Shown here in pieces: positions 11,209 to 22,856 of a stretch of 64,000 bases of DNA (position 1 is its first letter; each line of letters starts with the position of its first letter). The stretch covers positions 54,530 through 118,529 of the forward strand of contig JAVRCV020000046.1 of NCBI GenBank assembly GCA_034530615.2. The letters run 5' to 3'. The position numbers and the translations under genes are program-made. The DNA comes from Aulosira sp. ZfuVER01 (GTDB lineage Bacteria; Cyanobacteriota; Cyanobacteriia; Cyanobacteriales; Nostocaceae). The notes under the pieces are model-generated. The model saw nothing but the letters and a program-made list of their open reading frames with translations, was not told where the DNA came from and searched no databases.

Positions 11209-13530
11209 TTAGAGCCAAAACTGGCGATCGCCTTCAACTGTACCCGGAGCAATTCCTTGTAACCGCCGATAAGCTATTTTGTCAGAACCGTATAGTGGTA
11301 CGGGTAAGCGAGGTTCTTTCAATGCTCCGTGATGTAGCAATGTCAGTTTAAGAGTAGCTTCTATTAAACTTTCAATTGATACTTGCTGTTCATGTTCAGG
11401 ATCGGGAATAACCTTTAAACGTAGAGGATAAGGTAAACCCATTTTCTCAGACTTAACTTCAGTAGTGACTAAAATTACTTCATACGGCGATAAGCGAAGA
11501 GCTAACCCTTTAGTTGGTGCTGTGACTACAGACTGCTGAAATTTATATAGTCGTGGAATCTGAGATTTTACACACTCTACCAAAATAAACTTTGAACCAA
11601 TAACTTTTGCTCTTTCTCTTAAATTCTTTATTTCATCACCACAAAAACGTCCATCACGGTAAATTAGTACAGTTTTTTGTCTTAATTCAGCAGATGGTAG
11701 AAACCTCTCTAGTGTTCGTTTATCAATTGTTTCCCCTTCGGTTAAAGCATCTTCCAGTCGGTAACGAATAAACTCCCCTCGCTTGTCATAGAGACGTACA
11801 CTCGCACAGACATTTCTACTTCCGATTCCCTTCTTTTTAGAAATTCTGGAAACATCAAAGCCGATAAAATAATCAGCAATTTCTAAAGGTTCAGCTAAAA
11901 TAAAGGGTAAGTTTCCTAACTTTGCAAGAATTCCTGGAATTACCTGATGAAGGATATTCCCATAATTACTGGTGTTTTTTAATGTATCTTCATAAATTAC
12001 TTGACTAGCAATTTCACGCCGGAGTAAGCGTGAAGAAATAAAAGAATAAAAGCTACCATCATCACTATTATCAGCCTGACGATCGCGCTGAGGGAGAAAT
12101 GTCAAAACAATGTCAGTAGGAATTGCCATTAATTCATTAATAGCTTCTTTAAATTTTTTTCTATCTTCAGGAACTGCCATTAGTTTATCAACAGCTTCTT
12201 CAACTTTTTCTCTATCTTCAGGCACACTTGAACTACTTACTGTTACACCAACCCGATGAACAATTATACTTTCAAAACCATAGTATTTTAGACGTTTCTG
12301 AACTTCCCTGATAAAAGGATCTACCTTCAAATCACAAAGCTTCAAAGCTGTAATGCGAATCGGTGTTGCTTTATCTTCATATTGAGCTTGACGACGATAA
12401 ACGCTTCCTTGTGATAGTCCTTTAAGGACATCTCCTCTCCTACTTATAAAATTTTTACCAGATTTATCCTTTCCAAATAGAAGTTGAGTATCTTCAAGCT
12501 TAAATTTTAGTGGCAAGAATAATTCAGAGCAATTGCCGCTCTTTCTACTATTAATACAGGTTTCTGATAACACAAATCCATAAATACTTAGAGCAAGTGC
12601 AGCTTCTTTTTTATATGAAGCCAAACTATTTTGCCGCTCTTGATAAGGAATCTTAGCCTCTTTAAGTAAATCCCCATAGTTTACATCAAATTTTTTGGCT
12701 GTATCCTCTGTGACACAAGGAATAAGAGCAGCCATTGCATAAGGATACCGTTTTTTATTCTTACCAAATTGCACAAGTACAACAGGTTGATCTCTAGGTG
12801 CTTCACGAATAGCAATTTCACTAGTTGATGCAGGCTTATACTTGAGTAGTTCTTCTTCACGCTCACCAATAGTTCCTTCAATATCTACAATAGTAGCTGA
12901 ACTACCCTTTTCAATATCTCGAACATTTAAACCAATTAATAAATCTCTTGGATTTTGTCTGTAAGGATGATTCTCGTAGAATTCAGACAATTTTCCTTTA
13001 TATACAAAAGAACTGCGAACGGTTATAGCAATAGCAGGGTGTAAAATATTTTTAATTTCAATTATTTCTGCCCAAATTTTCGCTTCTCGCCTAACTTCAA
13101 CGTTGTTAAATAGAGTAGTAAAACATGAAAATGGTCGTCTAAATTTTAATATTCTTATAGCTAGTTCAGAAAAAATATCAGCAGATATCTGTGCTTGGCT
13201 TACCCATTGGATTGAATAGTAGCGATCGCCAATATCTTTTTTCAATTCCTCTTGAATTCCTGTTAAAGCTTTTCGCCATTCATCTAAACTTGGCATTGCT
13301 TGATCAGGTTTAGCTAAAACCCAAAAATTTCCATCTGCAAAGATCACCATAATGTCAGGAAATTTCTGACTAAACCGCCAACTTAAACGATTTCCTATTT
13401 CAGTATCTACTCTAGGAGTCAGTCGAAAGCAGATTAAGTTAGGTTGAGGAATATTGAGTAAAAATATTTCTGCCAAAAATATTGGGGATATATTAGTTTT
13501 TAAGGAGGATTGAAGCACACCAGCAGTCAT
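11209..13530 (-). CDS. ago: Long prokaryotic Argonaute with apparently intact catalytic tetrad
   Basis: MID SQVI and AKLGNLPF motifs; [40 protein letters not shown]. Start 13530 has a GGAGG RBS and an ATGA overlap with the upstream stop. Confidence 0.92.
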   Translation of the reverse strand: MTAGVLQSSLKTNISPIFLAEIFLLNIPQPNLICFRLTPRVDTEIGNRLSWRFSQKFPDIMVIFADGNFWVLAKPDQAMPSLDEWRKALTGIQEELKKDIGDRYYSIQWVSQAQISADIFSELAIRILKFRRPFSCFTTLFNNVEVRREAKIWAEIIEIKNILHPAIAITVRSSFVYKGKLSEFYENHPYRQNPRDLLIGLNVRDIEKGSSATIVDIEGTIGEREEELLKYKPASTSEIAIREAPRDQPVVLVQFGKNKKRYPYAMAALIPCVTEDTAKKFDVNYGDLLKEAKIPYQERQNSLASYKKEAALALSIYGFVLSETCINSRKSGNCSELFLPLKFKLEDTQLLFGKDKSGKNFISRRGDVLKGLSQGSVYRRQAQYEDKATPIRITALKLCDLKVDPFIREVQKRLKYYGFESIIVHRVGVTVSSSSVPEDREKVEEAVDKLMAVPEDRKKFKEAINELMAIPTDIVLTFLPQRDRQADNSDDGSFYSFISSRLLRREIASQVIYEDTLKNTSNYGNILHQVIPGILAKLGNLPFILAEPLEIADYFIGFDVSRISKKKGIGSRNVCASVRLYDKRGEFIRYRLEDALTEGETIDKRTLERFLPSAELRQKTVLIYRDGRFCGDEIKNLRERAKVIGSKFILVECVKSQIPRLYKFQQSVVTAPTKGLALRLSPYEVILVTTEVKSEKMGLPYPLRLKVIPDPEHEQQVSIESLIEATLKLTLLHHGALKEPRLPVPLYGSDKIAYRRLQGIAPGTVEGDRQFWL

Positions 13531-14348
13531 GTAGAAACCTCCGATATAGTAAATTCGCAAATTGAGTTAAACGAACAGTAGCGACAACTTACACCTGGAT
13601 TTTGGGGAAATATTTGACTGAAATCAGCAGAATTTTTACGGTAGCGTCTCAATTCCTCTTGATGTCGTTGAGCTATTAAAGCAAGTTCTATTTGAAAAGC
13701 CTTAAGAGTGTTAGATGTTGCGCTAATAGGTTCTGACCAGTTACCATTTTCTAAGTTATAAAAAGACGCTACTGCTTTGTGCTGGGGGTACAAATAACTA
13801 GCAGCTAGTAAGTAAATATACCCTTGTCGCCGATCAAAATCAGAGTGCCCAGTTTTGAAATCTAAAATGTGTAAAGTATCATCTTCTTCAGCAAAAATGC
13901 AGTCAATCGCAGCATAGAAGTTAAAAGACTGATTACCCTGCTTAATAAGAATTGGTTTTGGAAAACCCTCATCGCCTCGGCTAAGTTGAATAATTTTCTT
14001 CTTAGCAAGAATTGGATTTTGCTGGTAGTTTGTCAGTATCTGAACTACTCGCTGCTGAACCAAATCTGACTCTTTCCGCAATTCCAGAATCTCTTTCATT
14101 TGTTCTACAGCATCTTCTTGATGTAACATTAGGGAGTTTTCATGAAACTCATAAACCCCCCTTTGTGCTAGTAATCCAATTCGCTGAGGAGTGCTATCGC
14201 TTGCCAAGATTGCTGCAACCGCAGGTTCTCGCGATCGCGCTTTTGTAAAACCTCGTTTCATATCACAGTGTAAGTGTTCTTTCCCTATGGGTGGAGAATA
14301 CTGCAACCATAGGTTGTAACTGGCAAATGGTAGCCAATTTTGGCTCAT
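13527..14348 (-). CDS. PD-(D/E)XK Cas4-like nuclease associated with Argonaute
   Basis: IDCIF...ILDFKTG...Q..IY motif, one N-terminal Cys plus C-terminal CRYC....IC (Fe-S-type arrangement). Confidence 0.85.
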   Translation of the reverse strand: MSQNWLPFASYNLWLQYSPPIGKEHLHCDMKRGFTKARSREPAVAAILASDSTPQRIGLLAQRGVYEFHENSLMLHQEDAVEQMKEILELRKESDLVQQRVVQILTNYQQNPILAKKKIIQLSRGDEGFPKPILIKQGNQSFNFYAAIDCIFAEEDDTLHILDFKTGHSDFDRRQGYIYLLAASYLYPQHKAVASFYNLENGNWSEPISATSNTLKAFQIELALIAQRHQEELRRYRKNSADFSQIFPQNPGVSCRYCSFNSICEFTISEVST

Positions 14349-14386
14349 TGATGTCAAGTTCCAGAAGTCAGAAGGAATACAAGGTT

Positions 14387-14608
14387 TTATTTGGTGAGGA
14401 TTTCGTAGATTGCTGTGCTGGTTTTGTTGGGTGTTGATATACCAATCTTGTTTGCTTGTTCAAAAGTGCGTAAGCCTAGTAACATCTGTTCCGCAGCTTT
14501 CGTTAATTGTGGATTACCGCTTGAGTTTTGAATTTCCTCAAGTAGAACTGCTAAGGGTCTTCCTATTGAAAAACATAATTGTTCAGGATTTGAGGATTGT
14601 GTCTTCAT
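14387..14608 (-). CDS. Small hypothetical protein, first gene of the Argonaute operon
   Basis: 73 aa, GAGG RBS before ATG, co-oriented with the nuclease and ago. Confidence 0.65.
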   Translation of the reverse strand: MKTQSSNPEQLCFSIGRPLAVLLEEIQNSSGNPQLTKAAEQMLLGLRTFEQANKIGISTPNKTSTAIYEILTK

Positions 14609-14663
14609 ATCTTTTACCTCTATGCAAAACTTTGTAAGTCAATGAGCATAGCAACAGTCGGAA

Positions 14664-14786
14664 TTGATATATAATTTCAACTTAGTTACCAGTCAGGTAC
14701 TTATAGTTGAACTATATTATTCAACTTGAATTAATTTTGTCAACTAGTTATTTTGTTTTAAATAAATGTTGATTTTATTATTCAAC
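14664..14786. promoter_or_regulatory. Four TTGA-N9/10-TCAAC inverted repeats, candidate operators
   Basis: Copies start at 14664, 14707, 14726 and 14769 in the divergent intergenic region. Confidence 0.6.
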
Positions 14787-14947
14787 ACTGATATCATCTA
14801 TGCACAAGTAGATAAATTGGGGTAAATTATAGCCCCATAACTCCTGGAAACCATTGATGTGCAAAGCTTTTAGCCTTATATAGCTCAAGTAGATCTAAGG
14901 CTTATCATGTATGCTTCAGAAATTGCGTCAGGTAGTTGAATGCGATT

Positions 14948-16036
14948 ATGGATAAACAAGAGAGTCAAAGTTTTGGCAAGTGTATTTGGCAAGCTCGTAG
15001 AAAAAAAGGATTGAGTCAGCGTGAACTAGCGGTAAAGGTAGGAGTGGACTATACCTACTTATCTAAGCTAGAAAATGACCACGTTGAGCCAAGTGAAAAA
15101 GTGATCCGTTCTTTAGCAGAACATCTCAGTTTGAATGCCTTAGAGCTAATCTACTTAGCTGGACGCATGACTCAAAATGACTCAGAAGCTCTTGAGGAAT
15201 TAGTTAAAGCTAACTACAAGGAGATGCCTGCTTTATTCCGTCGAGTGCAGGAAAATCCAGGTATTGATTCATTGGTAAAGGCACGAGATGAGAGAATTAC
15301 AAGATTGCAAAAAGAAAATGCTGAACTGAAAGCTAAAGTTTCATCTCTGGAAAAAGAACTCCAGATTTATAACTTTTATTCAAAAAAGGAAATTGAATGT
15401 GTTGCTAATAATACTTTAAAGCTTATGCATAAAAACAACTATCCTCCAAGATGGCCTATGGATGCCTCTCGTGTAGCTGATTCTTTAGATATAGCGATCT
15501 CTTTTGCCAAAATATTTCCTGATGAGCAAGGGCCAATAGTAGCTAAAATTTTACCGTGGGAACGTGAAATTATACTCAATCAAGATATTCAAGAATTACA
15601 AGGAAAACTTCACGAATCTACAATAGCCCATGAAATTGGTCACTGGTTAATGCACGTAACACAATATAAAACAGAAAAGATAAGAAAAGAGATAAATAAT
15701 AATATAGAGGTTGAAGAAACTCAAAATATATTTTTATGTCGCAGTATTATTGAACAACTTGACACATATAAAGTTAATATAAAACACGATCATATCGAAT
15801 GGCAAGCTGAATATTTTGCCAGTTGCTTATTGATGCCAACATTTAAGCTAGAAGAAGTGCGAAGAGGACGCGATTTAACAAAGTGGCATCATATTTATGC
15901 AATTGCTGATGATCTTGGTGTAACAATATCTAAGCTCATCAATCGTTTGCAAGACATCGGTTGGGTTCATATTCCTAAAGGTTCTAAGCAAATATTTCTA
16001 GGAAATATAGAATCAGAATCTCAACAAAGAAATTAG
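14948..16036 (+). CDS. XRE helix-turn-helix / coiled-coil / ImmA-IrrE metallopeptidase fusion
   Basis: GLSQRELA..VGVDYTYLSKLEN HTH; TIAHEIGH; EWQAEYFASCLLMP. Confidence 0.88.
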   Translation: MDKQESQSFGKCIWQARRKKGLSQRELAVKVGVDYTYLSKLENDHVEPSEKVIRSLAEHLSLNALELIYLAGRMTQNDSEALEELVKANYKEMPALFRRVQENPGIDSLVKARDERITRLQKENAELKAKVSSLEKELQIYNFYSKKEIECVANNTLKLMHKNNYPPRWPMDASRVADSLDIAISFAKIFPDEQGPIVAKILPWEREIILNQDIQELQGKLHESTIAHEIGHWLMHVTQYKTEKIRKEINNNIEVEETQNIFLCRSIIEQLDTYKVNIKHDHIEWQAEYFASCLLMPTFKLEEVRRGRDLTKWHHIYAIADDLGVTISKLINRLQDIGWVHIPKGSKQIFLGNIESESQQRN

Positions 16037-16068
16037 TTGGTAATGAGCCAAGAAGGTGAGGAGTAAAA

Positions 16069-16764
16069 ATGAACATCTTCAAGAAATATCAATTTTATCG
16101 CAAAGAACAAATTGAGTTGAAAGCTAATCAAGTTTTAAGAATTATGGAGGTTGAGAATTTTCCGCCAAAATGGCCTTTTGAGGCTAGTCGTGCTGCTGAT
16201 GCTTTGGGAATAATGATTGACTGGCAAAGCATACCTCCTGATACTCAAGGGCCTATAGTAGCTAAGATTCTCCCATTGCAAAGAAAGATTGTACTTAATG
16301 AATCTATTCCACAACTAAGTGGAGGATTTGAACAATCTACAATCGCCCATGAAATTGGTCACTGGGTACTTCATGTCAATCAAGATGAAGCGGATGGTCT
16401 TACAGAACAGTTAGAATTAAATTTAGGGCTAGAAGATGCCACAAAATATTTTTTGTGCCGCACTGTAGACGCTAAAACTAGCCAGATAAATATAAATAGC
16501 CAGTTAGAGAATATTGAATGGCAAGCTCAGTTTTTTGCTAGTTGTCTGTTAATGCCTCTACAGATTCTAGAGGCTACAAGGAAAGGGCGTGATTTAACTA
16601 ACTGGAAACATCTTTATGCTATACAAGAGGAACTTGGTGTAACCATATCTAATCTTGTGTATCGTTTGCAAGACCTTGGCTGGATTTACATTCCCAAGGG
16701 TTCTAAGCAAATTTATCCTGGTAAAGCAGCACCGAATAGGCAGACAAATTTATTTAATAGATAA
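16069..16764 (+). CDS. ImmA/IrrE family Zn metallopeptidase
   Basis: TIAHEIGH, EWQAQFFASCLLMP; paralogous to the C-terminal part of the upstream gene. Confidence 0.88.
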   Translation: MNIFKKYQFYRKEQIELKANQVLRIMEVENFPPKWPFEASRAADALGIMIDWQSIPPDTQGPIVAKILPLQRKIVLNESIPQLSGGFEQSTIAHEIGHWVLHVNQDEADGLTEQLELNLGLEDATKYFLCRTVDAKTSQININSQLENIEWQAQFFASCLLMPLQILEATRKGRDLTNWKHLYAIQEELGVTISNLVYRLQDLGWIYIPKGSKQIYPGKAAPNRQTNLFNR

Positions 16765-16839
16765 AGTGCGATCGCTCTCCATCATCTCCAAAAAGCGATC
16801 ACCTCACTAAACTAGAAAGTAAGATGCTGGGATAAGTTT

Positions 16840-16941
16840 ATGGACACCGCTACAATCACTTTACCTTCTACAATCAAGTGAAAAATCGAATTGACTGATG
16901 ATCAATATGGTGCAGAACGTTCTCCCGATAACTTAAAATAG
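16840..16941 (+). pseudogene. Remnant of a Uma2-family endonuclease gene
   Basis: Reads MDTATITLPSTIK*KIELTDDQYGAERSPD: a Uma2-like N-terminus joined to the GAxRSPD motif, with an in-frame stop and an internal deletion. Confidence 0.55.
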
Positions 16942-16980
16942 TTTTTTCTGAAATTAAAAATTTAAAACTTTTGAGAAACT

Positions 16981-17442
16981 ATGGCTATTAAAGTTGGCGA
17001 TACTGCTCCTGATTTCACTCTACCTGCTCAAAACGGCTCAATGGTGAGCCTGAAAGATTTTCGGGGGAAAAATGCTGTAGTCCTATATTTTTATCCCAAG
17101 GACGACACACCGGGATGTACTGCTGAATCTTGCGCCTTTCGCGATCGCTATGAAGTGTTTAAAACCGCTGGCGCTGAAGTAATTGGTGTGAGTGGTGACT
17201 CTAATGAATCACATCAGAAATTTGCTGCGAAGTACAATCTACCGTTTACTCTGTTGAGTGACAAAGGCGACCAAGTGCGGAAGCTATACGGTGCAACTGC
17301 TGCTTTTGGTTTGTTCCCAGGACGGGTGACTTATGTGATTGACCAACAGGGAGTTGTGCAATATGTTTTCGATTCAATGTTTAACTTTCAAGGTCACGTT
17401 GAAGAGGCTCTGAAAAAGTTGCAACAGCTAGCCGCTAAGTAA
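16981..17442 (+). CDS. bcp: Peroxiredoxin Q / BCP
   Basis: [15 protein letters not shown] motif. Confidence 0.92.
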   Translation: MAIKVGDTAPDFTLPAQNGSMVSLKDFRGKNAVVLYFYPKDDTPGCTAESCAFRDRYEVFKTAGAEVIGVSGDSNESHQKFAAKYNLPFTLLSDKGDQVRKLYGATAAFGLFPGRVTYVIDQQGVVQYVFDSMFNFQGHVEEALKKLQQLAAK

Positions 17443-17499
17443 AAAATCGGGGAATAGTGCAGAAGCTACAGGAGCTTTTTGCACTATTCCCCAATTGCT

Positions 17500-18150
17500 T
17501 CATTTAGTCAAATAGGGTTTTTCCGAAGTGACAAAATTAGCATTGGCTGTTTTACCATTTTTGCCGTTGGTATGGCCATTGTTATGGCGGGGTTGAATCA
17601 CACCATAACCGCCATGATTGCGTTCATAAATTACATTAATTTCACCTGTCTCAGAATTTAGGAACATATAAAAGTCATGTCCTACCAGTTGCAGCTGTTC
17701 TAAAGCTTCTGCAACAGTCATTGGTGGCATGGAGAAATATTTAGTGCGAACGACTTCATTGGGTAGTTCGGGAGTGCGATCGCCAATTAGATCTGTAACT
17801 ACTGGTTGCGGTACTACTACCTCGTTAGTTGGTTGAGCCTGAGTTTTCTTATCTTGACGTCTTTCTTTGTATTTCCGCAATTGACGAGCAATTTTATCTG
17901 CTACTAAATCAATGCTGGCATATAAGTTTTCGCTGCTTTCCTCGGCACGGATGACGCTACCATTGGCATATATAGTGACTTCAGCCGCCTGTCTTGGATT
18001 AATTCGGGGATTGCGAGCTACGCTAAGGTGCACATCCACTTCATTTGTGATGTTCTGAAAGTGACTAACTGCCTTTTCTATTTTTTGATGCACGTAATCC
18101 CGAATCGCATCGGTGATTTCAATATTTTTGCCGTGGATGACAAGCTTCAT
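17500..18150 (-). CDS. hpf: Ribosome hibernation promoting factor (LrtA, long HPF)
   Basis: [35 protein letters not shown]...GHDFY...GGYGVI. Confidence 0.94.
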   Translation of the reverse strand: MKLVIHGKNIEITDAIRDYVHQKIEKAVSHFQNITNEVDVHLSVARNPRINPRQAAEVTIYANGSVIRAEESSENLYASIDLVADKIARQLRKYKERRQDKKTQAQPTNEVVVPQPVVTDLIGDRTPELPNEVVRTKYFSMPPMTVAEALEQLQLVGHDFYMFLNSETGEINVIYERNHGGYGVIQPRHNNGHTNGKNGKTANANFVTSEKPYLTK

Positions 18151-18777
18151 GTAAACTCTCCCGCTCAATATTTATTTGATGTGAATTGGTTTTGTATGAA
18201 ACGGAATTGCGGTAAGGTCTATCACTGCCGCCAAAACAATATCTGAAGCATTTTTATGTACAACCGATTCGCCTACCATGATTGTTGTTGTATCTTCACT
18301 TGTTACCGCGCGTTCCCTTAATCAACTTCTCTATGTCTGCGCTAATAGCCAACTGTTGCCAGACAATTGACTACCTATGGAACATACCTAATTGAGTCAG
18401 CCTGAACAGCATTCCCCTGGCTTGCCCTTGCTATCGGCGCAATGTTTACATAACTATAAGTAGTTCTTTGTTTTTCCAGGGGTCGTTCGTTTCGCATAGA
18501 GAATAGTAGTGTTGTCGATGCAAACAATTTACTTTAGACGTCATCAGCCATTACATTTCTTCTTGTTATTTTGGCGTGATGCTTATTGCAGAGAATTCCT
18601 CCTAAAACCATTCAGGTTATATATTCAAACTAGCACTTTGTATTTTCTAAAGCGGGTTCCCTTGATGTTCCTTTAAAATCCTTTGCATAGCTTGACAATT
18701 TTTGACTCTAACCCAGTGACTTGAAACATAGTTTATCCCTACAACAGTTGATTTTTAGAGGAATCCGTAGTAAGCAA

Positions 18778-19452
18778 ATGCATTTATATCGCTGTTTGTT
18801 ATATAACCAAGGGTTAATGCCTTACTTAGAGGCGTTGGCATGGCAACGATCGCTGATGAGCGATCGCATTCACAACCCGGATCTAGATGATGTGTTGATT
18901 CTGCTCGAGCATCCCCCTGTCTACACCTTGGGACAAGGAGCTAATGTGGAATTTCTCAAATTTGACCTTGACAAAAGTAACTTTGATGTCCACAGAGTCG
19001 AACGCGGCGGTGAAGTTACTTACCATTGTCCCGGTCAATTGGTGGGGTATCCGATTTTAAATCTGCAACGCTATCAAAAAGACTTACATTGGTACTTGCG
19101 GCAACTGGAAGAAGTTTTAATTCGGGTATTGGCAGTTTACAGATTGCAAGGTGAACGCATACCCGCATTTACAGGTGTTTGGGTGGAAGGACGTAAGGTG
19201 GCAGCGATTGGAATTAAAGTCAGCCGTTGGATTACCATGCACGGCTTTGCCTTAAATGTCTGTCCTGAGATGGAAGGCTTTACGAAAATTGTTCCCTGTG
19301 GGATTCCTGATAAACCCGTAGCAAGTTTAGCCGAATGGATTCCTGGGATTACTTGCCAAGAGGTACGCTTCCATGTTGCACAGTCTTTTGCTGAAGTCTT
19401 TGGCGTGGAATTGGTCGAGTCAGTAGATGAAGAATTTACTGTTCCAGAATAA
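18778..19452 (+). CDS. lipB: Lipoyl(octanoyl) transferase
   Basis: [36 protein letters not shown]. Confidence 0.95.
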   Translation: MHLYRCLLYNQGLMPYLEALAWQRSLMSDRIHNPDLDDVLILLEHPPVYTLGQGANVEFLKFDLDKSNFDVHRVERGGEVTYHCPGQLVGYPILNLQRYQKDLHWYLRQLEEVLIRVLAVYRLQGERIPAFTGVWVEGRKVAAIGIKVSRWITMHGFALNVCPEMEGFTKIVPCGIPDKPVASLAEWIPGITCQEVRFHVAQSFAEVFGVELVESVDEEFTVPE

Positions 19453-22400
19453 ACCAACGCCGAATCAACTCTACCTGAAAGCGATCGCCATCACCAACTT
19501 CTTCAATTAACTCTCGCTGTAACAGTAACTTGCGGGTGGTTGTAGCGTGGGGAAACTGTTGTGATAGGGTGTGATGAAGTGCGATCGCACCTTCCCCTTG
19601 AGCAGCTATAAAGCGTAAAATCGCCCTACCATTTTCATCTACTTGGTTATTTTGGATATCAGCGAAGAAGAAACCGCCACTTTTGAAAGCTTCGGGAATT
19701 GCTGCTTCTACATCGGCTAAAGTTGCTAACCTCCGCATAGAAGGGTCTTGCTCATTTTTGAGGGCGATAATTTCTGCACAGAGTAGCTGTACTAAAAATG
19801 GGTGACAACGGGTGAGTTGCAACACTCGCTCAACTGCGTCAGGTTCATAGCGCAGGGTAAAATCTTTCACAGGGCGTTCAATGAGTTGTCGCGCTTCTGC
19901 TTCTTTGAGGTATGAGATATACACTACCTGCACATTTATGAGATAACTAGCCCAGCGTTGATATTCTGCGATCGTATGGGAACCTGCTAACAAAACCTTA
20001 AAGCGAGGACGATGTTGGATGAGGTGACGCAGCATTCCTAGAACATCTTGCTCATCAAAGCGTCCTTTGGTTATAGCGCTGTCTAGTACCTCGAACTCAT
20101 CTAACATCAGCAAAGCGGTATTTTGTTCGAGTGTCTGTTCTACTGTATCTAACCATTCATCGAAGGTGGTAAAGGGGTCAGAGTTTAGCGATTCGCGGGT
20201 GAGGGATGGTAGAGTGACACCTTGCTTCTTAGCTGATTTCACCATTTCTCTAGCAAGGTTGTAGAGAAAACCTGCATGATCGCTAGCTGATGAAGGCGCG
20301 CCTTGCAAGTCTACAAACATGGGGATGATGGTATTAGGTAGCAGCTTTCCCAAGTTGTTGAGTAGGGAAGTTTTGCCCATGCGTCGCTGACCGTAAAGTA
20401 GCAAAGGTGGGCGACGGCGGTCTAGGAGTAACTGCTCAATGCGTATACCGATATCATTACGACCTGTGAAAATTTCTTGCTCCTGTGTGAGGGGTACACC
20501 AATGATGTAAGGAGAGTCAATTTCTTGACGAAGTTCAGCAGCTTTTGCCAGTTCCTCTGCATAGATGGCTATGATTTCACGCCAACTTTTGGCGATAGGA
20601 TAGAAATTGATTGTGTATTTTTTACTAGTACGATTAAATTCTTGCAAGTATCCGTCTAAACGGTCGGTGACAGATCTGAGGGCTAGGCGTTGGTTGTAAG
20701 TACTTGCCTGATTCAGTGCAGCATCAACACCTTCACTGATGCGACTGAAAATGTTTAGTAGAGTGCGAACTGGGCTTTCAAGTTCGCCATTTGACAGACT
20801 ACGATGAGCTTGACGGATCGCTTCTACATCCGCACAGTTTTCTAAACTTCGTGCATCCAGTTCAATTTGAATTTGAGCAGCTTGAACTTCCCAGCGTTGA
20901 TTTTTGATTGCGATCGCAGCTGAAGAAGCAAGAGTTTCAATCATCTTTTTTTCATCTTCCGAAAAACTGTGAGGTCGGCGGTAATTAATAAACATTACTC
21001 CGACTATATCTTTATCAACTTCTAGCAAAACACCAGCTACGGAATGAATTTTTTCTCTATGAGTAAAGGCTGAATTCTGAAATATCGATTCTCTTTGCAA
21101 CTGTGGAACATAAACGTTTTCTCCCCGCTGAATAAGCAAAAAAGGGAGATTTTCTCCAATCATTTCATCTTGCATTTTCTGCTCTTGCCTTAATCTTCCT
21201 GCTATTTTAGGAGGAGTCGGAAATTGCCTTTCGGTTTGGATATATTCGTAGATATTAACTACATCTGCACCTAGAACATTCAAAATATTCCAAGCAATAT
21301 GACGCAAAAGATTATCTTCTGGTATACGCCCTAGAGATTGAGTTACAGAGTAGAGAGCTGCTAGCTGGCGTACTTCATTACGCATTTGTTCGATTCTGAT
21401 GGTGTGCCAAATTGCATCAACAGCCCACCGCCGGACAAATAGTTCTACTAAGCGCAGTTTACGTGTAGACAGTATATAAGTGCGTCGAAATAGAACATAA
21501 AGTATTCCTTCTTTGTTCTCAACTTGTAACGGAAAAGCTGCCATTGCTTTAATCCCAGCCGAAAAGGCTTGTGGGTTAAGCTTTGCCATTTCCAGTTTGT
21601 CATGACCTTGAGATAAGTCTGGAATAAACTTGTACTTTTTTTCGAGAATCGCTTGTCGTCCCAGTCCATTATGACGCGGTGGACAGGTTTTCAGAAATTG
21701 CTTACCAATGCCGTGAGAAAATACTTCATAAATGTAACGACCTTGTTCTAAATTTGGCTCATATAAGAAATGCAGGGTAGCTGCATCAGCATCGAGAATT
21801 TGCTTGGCTTTCTCTGCTATCGTTTCTAAAACCCGAGGTAGCTGTGCTTGCCAAATATCCAAAGATTGCCGAGCAATATAGTCCAGTAATCGCGATAATA
21901 TTTTTTCCTCAATTCGTCTTTCCGGAGAACTATAACCTGCTTCTACTGTACCGATGACTATCACCTCTGGATTGCGCCCCTCAGGTTGCAGATCTGGTGC
22001 TAGACGCAACTGGTAAACCTCATGCTGTCTTACCCTACTTTCCTCAAATTCAGGGCTTATTTTCTGCCATTTACAGCGCTCAAACCAATTTTTGATGACT
22101 CTGCCGTTATAATCTTGAACCAGAACTATTGGTGTAAATACACGAACCAACTTTTCATGACCATACTCATGATAAATCCAATGATCAAAGCGTTTGTCCC
22201 ACCCAGAAATCACCTCAGTTTGCTGAGTTTGGACTATATCTGCCTGAATATCTCTTAATTGCGGATCTGGTTCCAAGTAATGCTTGGGCATAGTAGCCCA
22301 TTCTACTCCACTACCACTCCCACATACTCCCTCAATAATGTTGTGTTCTCGGGAAATTAAAGATATGTTGGCGAAATCAAAACCCTGTGCCAGGATGTTT

Positions 22401-22570
22401 TGACAGACTGCTTCTAGAATATCTTCCAGCTTAAACAGTTTTGAGGTAGCTTGTTCTACCTGATCTAAAGCCTCCAAAATAGAAGTCTCAAAAGCTTTTA
22501 ACTGTGAATTTCTGCGAGCAGCCACCATAGCACCTCTCTTTCTTTGCCTCATGAGTATAATGCTAGACAA
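19436..22570 (-). CDS. Multi-GAF-domain protein fused to a C-terminal P-loop (STAND/AAA-like) ATPase
   Basis: GAF-type segments ([28 protein letters not shown]); [13 protein letters not shown] Walker A, LMLDEFE Walker B, CHPFLVQ; start uncertain. Confidence 0.8.
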   Translation of the reverse strand: MSSIILMRQRKRGAMVAARRNSQLKAFETSILEALDQVEQATSKLFKLEDILEAVCQNILAQGFDFANISLISREHNIIEGVCGSGSGVEWATMPKHYLEPDPQLRDIQADIVQTQQTEVISGWDKRFDHWIYHEYGHEKLVRVFTPIVLVQDYNGRVIKNWFERCKWQKISPEFEESRVRQHEVYQLRLAPDLQPEGRNPEVIVIGTVEAGYSSPERRIEEKILSRLLDYIARQSLDIWQAQLPRVLETIAEKAKQILDADAATLHFLYEPNLEQGRYIYEVFSHGIGKQFLKTCPPRHNGLGRQAILEKKYKFIPDLSQGHDKLEMAKLNPQAFSAGIKAMAAFPLQVENKEGILYVLFRRTYILSTRKLRLVELFVRRWAVDAIWHTIRIEQMRNEVRQLAALYSVTQSLGRIPEDNLLRHIAWNILNVLGADVVNIYEYIQTERQFPTPPKIAGRLRQEQKMQDEMIGENLPFLLIQRGENVYVPQLQRESIFQNSAFTHREKIHSVAGVLLEVDKDIVGVMFINYRRPHSFSEDEKKMIETLASSAAIAIKNQRWEVQAAQIQIELDARSLENCADVEAIRQAHRSLSNGELESPVRTLLNIFSRISEGVDAALNQASTYNQRLALRSVTDRLDGYLQEFNRTSKKYTINFYPIAKSWREIIAIYAEELAKAAELRQEIDSPYIIGVPLTQEQEIFTGRNDIGIRIEQLLLDRRRPPLLLYGQRRMGKTSLLNNLGKLLPNTIIPMFVDLQGAPSSASDHAGFLYNLAREMVKSAKKQGVTLPSLTRESLNSDPFTTFDEWLDTVEQTLEQNTALLMLDEFEVLDSAITKGRFDEQDVLGMLRHLIQHRPRFKVLLAGSHTIAEYQRWASYLINVQVVYISYLKEAEARQLIERPVKDFTLRYEPDAVERVLQLTRCHPFLVQLLCAEIIALKNEQDPSMRRLATLADVEAAIPEAFKSGGFFFADIQNNQVDENGRAILRFIAAQGEGAIALHHTLSQQFPHATTTRKLLLQRELIEEVGDGDRFQVELIRRWFILEQ

Positions 22571-22620
22571 TAGACCTGTCCGAAATATAAATTTTGGGAC
22601 AAAAAAATGGTAGAACGGAA

Positions 22621-22773
22621 ATGCAAGAAAGAATGCAAACTTTACTCAGACGTAATAAAACTGGAGAACTCAATCCTACAGAACAAAAAGAACTAGACGA
22701 GTATGAGCGCATTGAACATCTAATAATCATATTAAAAACAGGTAATTTAGCGCACTTAATTACTAACTCATAA
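22621..22773 (+). pseudogene. 50-aa ORF, probable C-terminal remnant of a small antitoxin-like protein
   Basis: MQERMQTLLRRNKTGELNPTEQKELDEYERIEHLIIILKTGNL; below the ORF track cutoff; family resemblance from memory. Confidence 0.4.
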
Positions 22774-22816
22774 ATGTTATGTCAGTTTACAAAAAACCTG
22801 CTAAACATACATTTTT

Positions 22817-22847
22817 TGTAGGGGTTTAGCATTGCCAAACCCCTACA
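22817..22847. repeat. REP-like GTAG hairpin
   Basis: TGTAGGGGTTTAGC-att-GCCAAACCCCTACA; near copy at 27903-27931. Confidence 0.7.
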
Positions 22848-22856
22848 GATGAAAGG

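Noticed and set aside
13527..14348. Cas4-like gene as part of the CRISPR locus
   Set aside because: It is coupled to Argonaute about 20 kb away, and the I-D locus has its own cas4.
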